Under the pieces are notes generated by a model. That model was given only the letters and a program-made list of their open reading frames with translations. It was not told the DNA's origin and made no database searches. A stretch of 64,000 nt of DNA from Eledone cirrhosa (Eukaryota). The stretch covers positions 15,376,001-15,440,000 of the forward strand of contig OZ024742.1 in the NCBI GenBank assembly GCA_964016885.1, given 5' to 3'. The translations under genes and the position numbers were made by a program. Positions 53,201 through 62,310 of this stretch are shown here, piece by piece (position 1 is the stretch's first letter; each line of letters begins with the position of its first letter).

Positions 53201-55864
53201 ACAAGGAAGAGCAATTAGAGTCGTACAAGGTAGAGGAACAGTGGGAATTCCTGAAAGCAAACCTGCTGATGGTGGCAGACGAAGTCTGTGGCTGGAGCAG
53301 GCCTGTAGGCAGGAGGAGAGTAACATGGTGGTGGAACAGTAAGGTGGAGGGCTCAATCAAGGCCAAAAAGCAGGCTTGGAAAGCATGGCGGGATGGGGGA
53401 AGTAGAGAAGACTATCAAGTGGCCAGGAGGGAAGCTAGGAGACAAGTGTACTTCGCAAGAAGGGAAGCAGAGGAAAGAAAGTTCAAGCATGTTCTACAAC
53501 GCGAGGACCAAAAACATGAGGTGTTCAGGATTGCTAGGCAATGTGTCAAGGAAAACCGTGATATTGTCGGGGAGAAGTGTGTACTTAATGATGATGGCGT
53601 ACTTGCCATCACTGACGCTGATAAGAAGGTAGCTTGGAAGTGTCACTACGAAAGGCTTCTAAATGAGGAGAACAAATGGGAGAAAGACAGTCTCCCCCAC
53701 ATCGATCCAATAGAGGGACCAGCAGTGTTAGTCGAAGGTAGTATAATAAGTAAGGCAATCAAAGATATGAAGACGGGTAAGGCGGCTGGGCCTTCGGAAA
53801 TAGTTGCTGAGATGCTGAAAGCCTCCGGTACGGTGGGACACACCATGGTCACCCGGATAGTAAACCAAGTCATACAGAATGGGGTTGTTCCGAAGGATTG
53901 GCGTAGCAGCATCATCGTTAACTGTTACAAGGGTAAAGGAGACGCCCTAGATAGGAGTAACTATAGAGGCATTAAATTAATCGACCAGGTCATGAAGGTC
54001 ACGGAAAAAGTAATAGCGCAACTAATCAGAGAGAGAATTGATCTAGATGAAATGCAGTTCGGGTTTGTGTCAGGCAAAAGTACCACAGACGCTCTTTTCA
54101 TTGTACGACAACTACAGGAGAAGTACCTAGCTAAAAGTAAACCCCTATACTTAGCTTTTGTCGACTTGGAGAAAGCCTTCGACAGAGTCCCCCGTTCCAT
54201 TATCTGGTGGCCTCTTAGAAAACTAGGTGTTGACGAATGGCTTGTGAGAGCCATACAAGCCATGTATAAAGAAACAGTCAGCAAGGTTAGAATTAACAAC
54301 GAATATAGTGAAGAGTTTAGCGTAAAAGTTGGTGTCCATCAGGGCTCTGTTCTTAGCCCCCTACTATTTATTATTGCCCTTCAGGCTATAACAGAGGAGT
54401 TCAAGACCGGCTGCCCATGGGAACTCCTATACGCAGATGATCTAACGCTCATAGCTGAATCAATGGCCGAGCTAGAGAAGAAATTCCAAACATGGAAGCA
54501 CGGCCTAGAATCAAAAGACCTTAAAATTAACCTGGCTAAGACAAAAGTTCTAGTTTGTAGGAAAGAAAATAGGGCGCCGGTTCCCTCCGGGAAATGGCCA
54601 TGCTCAGTGTGTAGGAAAGGCGTAGGTAGAAACTCCATTTTATGTCCCAAATGCAAAGTATGGGTGCATAAAAGATGTAGTGGGAACACAGGTAAGCTAA
54701 CTAAGAACACAGATTTTACATGTGGCCGTTGCTCTGGTGCAATAAGTAGCAGCAAGTGCCCACAAAATACTAACTCTTTCAATTGTGCAGAGGGTTCTAT
54801 AGAAATAGTGGACAGCTTCCGTTACCTGGGTGACAAAATCAGCAGTGGGGGAGGATGCTCTGAAAGTACAGTAGCTAGAGTCAGAACTGGATGGAAAAAG
54901 TTCAGAGAGCTTATACCACTATTAGCCGCTAAAGGGTTCTCCCTAAAAATGAAAGGCAGGTTGTATGATGCCTGCATACGAACAGCAATGTTGCATGGCA
55001 GTGAGACCTGGGCATTGTGTGCAGAGGATATACGCAGACTAGAGAGGAACGAAGCTTGCATGCTCCGCTGGATGTGTAATAGTAATATACGTGAACGGCA
55101 AAGCATAAACGAACTAAGGAAAAAATTAGAAATAAGAGGGATCAGATGTTGTTTACTCGAGAGAAGGCTATGTTGGTATGGTCACGTGATGCGCATGAAA
55201 GACGACAGCTGTATAACAAAGTGCAGGGCAATAAAGATAGATGGTAGCCACGGAGTAGGCAGACCCAGGAAAACCTGGGACGAGTTGATAAATTCCGACC
55301 TCACACACTTACACCTCTCCAAGACAATGTCACTGGACCGAGACCTTTGGCGGTACTCAGTAACAGAGAAGACCCGCCTTACCTAAATACAAAGTAAAAC
55401 CTACTAGTCAGTAGGCATCTCTAACAAAATACACCCCCGTCCCACCCCATCCACACCGCCCCCTTCAATGCAAAGTTATGTTGGTGCCACAACATCCAGG
55501 CCGAAACAAACGAGATCGTGTAGGTGTCACGACAAAAAAACACAGTCCACACTGTAATGTGACCGTGTAGGCAACGCGGTAAAAACCTCCCAGTCCCACA
55601 CTGTAAATGTGGTTGGTGTTAGGAAGGGCATCCAGCTGTAGAAAACACGCCAGACAGTCCACGCTGTAATGTGGCCGTGTAGGCAACACGGTAAAAACCT
55701 CCCAGCCCCACACTGTAAATGTGGTTGGTGTTAGGAAGGGCATCCAGCTGTAGAAAACCCGCCAGACAGTCCTATGCGAGCAAGACAACCACTCTTGCCT
55801 CAAGTGGGAAAACCCCCGTCCAAACACATGCAAGCATGGAACAGGGACGTTAAACGATGATGAT
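53201..55864 (+). mobile_element. 5'-truncated RTE LINE (RTE-b)
   Basis: Lacks the APE domain. ORF open to 55386, about 480-nt 3' UTR with a 112-bp duplication, stem-loop and (GAT)3 tail. Minisatellite on both flanks. Confidence 0.97.
53203..55386 (+). CDS. RTE ORF (truncated): reverse transcriptase with embedded PHD finger
   Basis: NYRGIKL, QFGF, AFVDLEKAFDRV, GVHQGSVLSPLLF, LLYADDL, FRYLG. C4HC3 motif at 54601-54732. The N-terminus of the track ORF (53101-53200) is minisatellite. Confidence 0.92.
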   Translation, partial: KEEQLESYKVEEQWEFLKANLLMVADEVCGWSRPVGRRRVTWWWNSKVEGSIKAKKQAWKAWRDGGSREDYQVARREARRQVYFARREAEERKFKHVLQREDQKHEVFRIARQCVKENRDIVGEKCVLNDDGVLAITDADKKVAWKCHYERLLNEENKWEKDSLPHIDPIEGPAVLVEGSIISKAIKDMKTGKAAGPSEIVAEMLKASGTVGHTMVTRIVNQVIQNGVVPKDWRSSIIVNCYKGKGDALDRSNYRGIKLIDQVMKVTEKVIAQLIRERIDLDEMQFGFVSGKSTTDALFIVRQLQEKYLAKSKPLYLAFVDLEKAFDRVPRSIIWWPLRKLGVDEWLVRAIQAMYKETVSKVRINNEYSEEFSVKVGVHQGSVLSPLLFIIALQAITEEFKTGCPWELLYADDLTLIAESMAELEKKFQTWKHGLESKDLKINLAKTKVLVCRKENRAPVPSGKWPCSVCRKGVGRNSILCPKCKVWVHKRCSGNTGKLTKNTDFTCGRCSGAISSSKCPQNTNSFNCAEGSIEIVDSFRYLGDKISSGGGCSESTVARVRTGWKKFRELIPLLAAKGFSLKMKGRLYDACIRTAMLHGSETWALCAEDIRRLERNEACMLRWMCNSNIRERQSINELRKKLEIRGIRCCLLERRLCWYGHVMRMKDDSCITKCRAIKIDGSHGVGRPRKTWDELINSDLTHLHLSKTMSLDRDLWRYSVTEKTRLT

Positions 55865-55938
55865 ACACACAGAAATATATATACATTTCTGTGTGTGTAA
55901 TATATATATATATATATATATACATTTCTGTGTGTGTA

Positions 55939-55970
<32 letters not shown>

Positions 55971-56659
55971 GCACAGAAATATATGTTTGTCTGTCTGTCT
56001 GTCCTAAAACTCAAATGTAGGTGCTACAGAAATATTCTTTTCTCCACTTTGGTACTACCAAGAGAAACACTGTCGCTATAGAAACATTACCTTCCCCTCT
56101 CCACTGACTTTGGTCACTGAGGCTGAGGGAATCGCTGGTTGCTATAGAGACACCTTGCACAAGCCAGAAGTAACCAGTTCGAGGCGGTTCTGACTTTACA
56201 TCATGCCAAGTCTACTTATAATATATAATGGACATTTCTCTGTTTGTTTGTTTGTCTGTCTGTCCGTCTGTAAAAAATGCCAAGGAAACAAATAGACGCG
56301 GTTTCAAATCTCTATGCTTTTCAAATTCATTACATTAATCTTTATTTATACGTTTCGCTTTACGAGTGTTTCGACTTACGAGTGTTTCAGCTTATCATTA
56401 TATATAAACGTTTCTATTTCCATCGTTTTATCGTAAACGTTTATATATTTCCATCGTTATATCATAACGTTTATATTTCCGTCACTAATCTCTTTTTCTC
56501 CTTTTCTGTTTTAACATATATTTATTTCAAAGATTTCACCGTATAGATAACATATATATTTATACATGCATAAAAGACACACCGAGAGACGGTGAACATG
56601 TGGTGCCGAAAACATTTCTCATCCACTTCTCAACAATATCAGTATATACACTAGATTTG

Positions 56660-56696
56660 CTAGCAGAAAACCGCCCACCGGGTGGTTTTCTGCTAG
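56660..56696. other. 17-bp-stem palindrome with CTAG at both ends
   Basis: CTAGCAGAAAACCGCCC-ACC-GGGTGGTTTTCTGCTAG (one G-T pair). Confidence 0.9.
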
Positions 56697-56759
56697 TCTA
56701 TATATATAAAACTGAGGATGTCTGTCTGTGTGTGTGTGAGTTCGAATCCCTAAAACTCG

Positions 56760-57181
56760 AGAACCACCCAACCAACTGTCTTCAAACTTTACACATGTAA
56801 TACTTATGTTTCAGAGAGTGTTCTGAGCAAAAAGAATTTCGAATTTTCTATGCCCTATGGACTGCATTAGGCGATTTATACGATCTCGCTCTATAATTCT
56901 TAGTCTTTCTCTTTTTAGATAGATACATACATATAACACGGCGCTTCAGTTTGTTTACTTATGTGCCTTTACGAAAACAAAAGTTACTATTTTACCGCTT
57001 AGTATTGTAGAGAAGCACCAAACCGACTGTTTTCAAACTTAACACATGTAATACTTATGTTTCAGGGAGTGTTCTGAGCAAAAAAATTTCAAATTTTCAA
57101 TGCATTGGGTGATTTAGCGATCTCAGTCTATAATTCTTAGTCTTTCTCTTTTTAGATAGATACATACATATAACGTCGCGC
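56760..57181. repeat. Direct duplication (~180 bp, ~250-bp spacing) inside the Helitron; a second diverged pair lies at about 57225-57505
   Basis: TTCAAACTT.ACACATGTAATACTTATGTTTCAG...TAGATAGATACATACATATAAC occurs twice. Confidence 0.9.
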
Positions 57182-57522
57182 CCTTATAATAGGAGATGTT
57201 AAAAAACGCAGTTTTTTAACATTTTTAGGAATTTTTTGAGGCGTTACGTCAGACAGATTTCCTTAAAATTGTAACTATGTATTAGTCAGTCTCTTCTTCA
57301 TACCGTAAGTAAAGAAAATCCAACTTTCTTATGGCCTAGGGCCCACATTAGGTGAAAAACTTCGTTTTTTCAGCTTCTTAGGGCTTTTTGGAGGCGTTAC
57401 GTCTAGCCGATTTTCCCGAAATTTCAAGGCATATTATGCACATAAAAGAAATTCATTTTCTTGATCCCCTAGGGCTCGCATTAAGTGAAAACCTGCATTT
57501 TTCCTGCTTCATCATCTTCATC

Positions 57523-57572
57523 ATCATCGTTTAACGTCTATCTTCCACGCTTGCATGGGTTTGGACGGGAAC
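57523..57572 (-). mobile_element. 50-bp RTE 3'-terminal insertion
   Basis: Stem-loop plus (GAT)n only. Flanked by CATCTTCATC at 57513-57522 and 57573-57582. Confidence 0.8.
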
Positions 57573-58017
57573 CATCTTCATCGAGGAAAATCTTAGATTA
57601 TCCAGCCATCAGAGTATTCGGTTTATTTTCTTTACAGATTGTCCAGGCATGCAGTTTTTCCACGATTAGGTCTGTTGGCGGCCTGCGTTCCAAAATACCT
57701 TATCCCGTGCAACGCCGGGTACCACTGCTAGTATTTTAAATAAAAGTCACTCCCCATAATTTTCAAATAATCTGGAAAATAATCAAGAATTTGAAAAGCT
57801 TTAGTAGTTACTAACTTTTTCATTATTAAGCAGGTATTTGGTACATAACCTAAACGTTCTTATATGAAATTATGAGGTTTTTTTAGATAAATATAAACCC
57901 TATATTGTAGAACCAGAGTGGTTACAGGCAGTTTGGTATCAAATGGTGGAAATCTTGAAAGGGTTGATCTAGAATTCCTTTTGCAACAGCCACTACCATA
58001 AATAGCTGTTATATTCA

Positions 58018-58262
58018 GTAACCCTTTTGATACCATACTACCCCTGGTCCTATAATAAAAAGCTCTTTATTTCAAAGTGTTCATATTCATCTAAAAACCT
58101 TCCATCATAATTTTATGTAAGAATCTTTTTTATGTTCCAATCACCAGCTTAATAATGAGAAAGTTTGTTATATTACTAAATCCCTTCAAATTCTTGATTA
58201 TTTCAAAATTACTGGAATTTCAAAATTACTGGAAAATTATAGGCAGTGGAATATAGTAACAA
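58018..58262 (+). mobile_element. MITE family B copy whose right end runs into SINE, RTE-c and Sat3
   Basis: TAACCCTTTTGATACCATA terminus. The body matches 41620-41800 and the reverse complements of 43540-43670 and 57770-57947. Confidence 0.78.
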
Positions 58263-58453
58263 ATAATTGTTTCTACTTTTGGCACAAGGCCAGCAATTAC
58301 CCAGTGTATTACTGGTACTTTATTTTATCGACCCCGTAAGGATGAAAGGCAAAGTGAACCTTGGCGGGATTTGAATCAGAATGGCAAGGGCCATAACTCA
58401 ATGTGTCAAAGCATGGCGTCCGACTCTCTACCGATACTGTCAATCCACCACCC
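58262..58453 (-). mobile_element. tRNA-derived SINE family 1
   Basis: Reverse complement of 52770-52962. GAATATAGT on both flanks (58249-58257, 58458-58466). Confidence 0.92.
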
Positions 58454-58466
58454 TATAGAATATAGT

Positions 58467-61400
58467 CATCATAATCATCATCATCACCGTTTTACGTCCG
58501 TTCTTCCACGCTAGCATGGGTTAGACGGGTTGTCCTGTTGTGTGCAGTGTCTGGTCGGCTGACCATGCCTTGCTCATACAGGAACTGATCTGGCTTGATT
58601 TCTACAGCTGGATGCCCTTCCTAACACCAACCTCATTTACAGTGAGTGCTGGGTGCTTTTTCGTGGCGCCTACACGTCCACTTTACAGTGTGGGCTGGGT
58701 GCTTTTTTGCCGTGGCACCTCCACGACCACCTTGCGGTGTGGGGTGTGGGGGCATATTGTTTATATGCTTCAGCATGTACCCATGGGAGGTCGGGTACTC
58801 TGTATTACTGCGTGACGCCAGAAGTCACGGTCGTGTGTCATTGTCTTTGAGAGGTGTAATTGGGTAAGGTCGGCTTTTATCACCTGCATCCCAGGTCATC
58901 TTGGGTCTCCCCACTCCGCGGTTTCCATCAACTTCTAGTGCTCTGCACCTTTTTATGCAGCTGTCATCCTTCATACGCATCACATGTCCATACCAGCGCA
59001 ACCGCCTCTCCTGCACACAGCATTTGATTCCTCTTATGCTCAGTCTCTCTCTCAATTCATTTATGCTTTGTCGTTCACGTATATTACTGTTACACATCCA
59101 TCGGAGCATGCAGGCTTCGTTTCTCTCTAATCTACGTAAGTCTTCCACCTTCAACGCCCAGGTCTCACTACCATGCAACATCGCTGTTCGGATACACGCA
59201 TCATACAGTCTGCCTTTCATTCTGAGGGAGAAGCCTTTTGCAGCTAGCAGTGGTAGTAGTTCCCTAAACTTCTTCCATCCCGTTCTTACCCTAGTTATTG
59301 TACTTTCTGAACACCCACCTCCGCTGCTAATTCGGTCACCTAGGTAGCAGAAGCTGTCTACTGTTTCTACAGGGCCCTCCCAGAGATTGGTGGTACTTGT
59401 TTCCTGTGGCTGTTTGCTGCTTGCTGTCCCAGCACAGCTGCTGCATGTGAATCCTACATTCTTAATTAAGCTTCCTGAGATCCCGCTACATCTCTTGTGT
59501 ACCCATTGTTTGCATTTGGGGCAGAGAATGGAGTTCCTACCTACACCTTTCCTACATACTGAGCAAGGCCATTTCCCTGAGGGGATCTGGGTTCTGTTTT
59601 CTCGTCTACTTACAAGGACCTTAGTCTTTGTCATGTTGACTTTGAGACCCTTTCTTTCTAGTCCCTGCTTCCAGGTTTGGAATTTATTCTCTAGTTCTAC
59701 CATAGATTCAGCTATGAGTGCAAGGTCATCAGCATACAGGAGTTCCCATGGGCATCCGGTCTTAAACTCCTCCGTTATTGCCTGCAGGACTATGATGAAC
59801 AGGAGAGGGCTAAGAACAGAGCCCTGGTGGACCCCAACCTGTACGCTAAATTCCTCGCTATACTCATTGCTAATCCTAACTTTGCTGACTGCTCCCCTAT
59901 ACATGGCTTGTACCGCTTTCACAAGCCATTCATCTACTCCTAGTTTTCTAAGAGCCCACCAGATTACAGCACGTGGAACTCTGTCAAAGGCTTTCTCAAG
60001 GTCGACAAATGCCAAGTAGAGTGGCTTACTTTTAGCTAGGTACTTTTCCTGTAATTGCCTCACAAGGAAGAGGGCATCAGTGGTGCCTCTTCCTGGTACA
60101 AACCCAAATTGCATCTCGTCTATTTTCACCCGGTCCCTAATCAGCTGTGCTATAACTCTTTCTGTTACTTTCATGACCTGGTCCATCAACTTTATACCTC
60201 TATAGTTTCCTCTATCTAGTGCATCACCTTTACCTTTGTAGCAGTTGACAATGATGCTACTGCACCAATCTTTTGGTATGGCCCCTTCTAGTATTACCTG
60301 GTTAACGATACGTGTGGTTATAGTGTGACCTACAGACCCAGATGCCTTCAGCATCTCGGCAGCTATACCCGATGGACCGGTTGCCTTCCCCATCTTCATA
60401 TCTTTGATTGCCTTACTTACTACGCTGCTGCTGACTTGTACTGCTGGTCCCTCTATAGGGTCTACTTGGGGTAGGGTCTCTTCTTCCCATGCATTCTCCT
60501 TATTTAGTAATCTATCATAATGACTCTTCCATGCATCTTTCTTCTCAGCACTTGTGAGGGCAAGCTCACCTTTATCATTCCGGATACACTTCTCTCCAAT
60601 GACATCACAACTATCTCTGACACACTGCCTCACAATCTAGAATACCTCCTGTTTCTGGTCCCCACGTAAAACATGCTTGAATTTTCTATCCTCTGCTTCC
60701 CTCCTAGCTAAGTATACTTGTCGCCTAGCTTCCCTCTTGGTCTCTATGTAATGTACCCTGCTCCCCCCGTTCTTCCATTCTTTCCATGCCTGTCTCTTGG
60801 CCTTAACTGTTTCATCTACCTTATTGTTCCACCACCAAGTCACTCTCCTCCTGCTTGAGGTCTTACTCCAGCCACAGACCTCATCCGTCGCCTCTAGTAA
60901 ATTATTTTTTAGGAACTCCCAGTTCTCTTCTACGTTAAATGTCTCTATCTGTTCTTCTTTACTGTCGTAGGCGTTGAATAAAATATCTTTAAATCTGTTA
61001 CTGGTTGAGGGGACTTTCAGCTTCCAGATCTCTCTTCTCCAGGTTGGCCTCTGTTTCCGGGTTCGTCTAGTTCTGACCGTGAGGTCGCTGACAACTAAGC
61101 TATGTTGGGATGTACATTCCTCACTACGTCCTCTGTTGAGGATAAAATCTAACTGACTAGAGTGCTCCCCTGATCTATAGGTGATCAGGTGGTTGTCGGG
61201 TTTTTTAAAGTTTGTGTTACATATCGACATGTCATTGGCATCGCAGAATTCTAGAAGTCTGAATCCTTCCTCATTCCTTGTGCCAACTCCATGGCCTCCA
61301 TGTACTCTATTGAAGCCGTCGCAGTGTTTACCTACGTGTCCGTTAAAATCTCCTGCAATGATTAGGAAGTCCTTGTCGTCTGTTAGAGCAGTAGTGTGTA

Positions 61401-62310
61401 TTAGGGACTCGTAAAACCTATCCTTAAGTTCGTCTGACAGCCCCGATTGGGGTGCGTAAGCTGATATTATTGTGGTAATTGTTTTATTCAGGACTAGTCT
61501 GAGTTTAATGATTCTTGCATTTACCCTGTACACTGAGATTACTTTATCTACCCACTTGTCAGCTAGTAGTATACCTACACCACCCATCCCATCGTCATTT
61601 CCCACCCAGAAAAATTCGTAGCACCGACTTTTTCCTACCAGGACTCTGGCAGACTCTCCTCGCCATCTAGTCTCTTGCACACAGCATACGTCAACTTCCT
61701 TTCGCTCTAGCATTTCTATGATTTCTCCTGCTCTTCCTTTCATTGAGCCTACATTGATGGTACCAACTCGGAGTTTTGGGCATTTGTCGACACTCGTAGG
61801 GGAGGGTCTCTGGGTTGGCGCTTCACGTGGGTGCTTGGTAGCTCGCAGATTCATATTTCATCTATTGATTCAGAGTTGCTCAAATGTATTCTCAGCTCAT
61901 CCATCCATAACGGTGGGAAAATTGAGGGCTAGAAGAACAGTGGTGGTGGGGTAATGGCAGGGTGTGTTGGGCTGCGCCAGAGGAGGAGAGAGTTAGTTAG
62001 GTAGGTAGTAGTAGCAGCAGTGGAAATGGCATGCTGAGGTTTGATTGGTCGAATAGGCTATGGTGGTGTGAGGGGGTGGGTGGGAGGGAAATTGTGAGGT
62101 AGGCACTGAGGGTCGCATGGTAAATAACCGAGAGAGATACAATAGAATTAGAATACCGCATGATAAATATCCGAAGTTAATACACCAGTAATATTAACAA
62201 TAATAACGTCATAAAAACTAAGAAACCTTCGAAAATTTATCGATAATACAGCAGGAAAACAGCAGTAATATTAACATAATAACGTCATAAGAACTAAGAT
62301 ACCTTCGAAG
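58467..62310 (-). mobile_element. Apparently full-length, disabled RTE LINE (RTE-c)
   Basis: About 455-nt 5' UTR with a duplicated ~48-bp block (62186, 62263), APE+RT ORF, ~300-nt 3' UTR, stem-loop and (GAT)n tail. Confidence 0.93.
58770..61854 (-). pseudogene. RTE single ORF (APE endonuclease, RT, PHD finger), disrupted
   Basis: APE motifs TINV, VQETRW, AYAPQ, GDFNGHVG, QLDFIL, QH. RT motif YADD. In-frame TAG at 60637-60639, a 1-bp frameshift near 58885, and a probable short in-frame deletion near 61125. PHD at 59434-59565. Confidence 0.93.

Larger units (their letters stand above)
50827..57731 (+). mobile_element. Composite/tandem non-autonomous Helitron block
   Basis: A|TC start at 50827 and further TC starts at 56211 and 56697, each followed by TATATAA and a (GTCT)n tract. 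3' hairpin CCCG-TGCAACGC-CGGG then CTAG|T at 57728-57731. A second hairpin plus CTAG ends at 56696. Confidence 0.75.
50812..57947 (-). mobile_element. MITE family B copy split by the Helitron block (pieces 50812-50826 and 57732-57947)
   Basis: TTAACCCTTTCATTA joined to TATTTT...GAAAATAATCAAGAATTTG reconstitutes the same order seen intact at 43500-43570. Confidence 0.7.

Noticed and set aside
53415-55106. Antisense ORFs over RTE-b (and likewise over RTE-a and RTE-c)
   Set aside because: They are shadow frames of the RT ORF.
60637-60639. Programmed stop readthrough, or a two-ORF LINE
   Set aside because: RTE-b has AGG (Arg) at the same codon and RTE-c carries other lesions, so this is a nonsense mutation.
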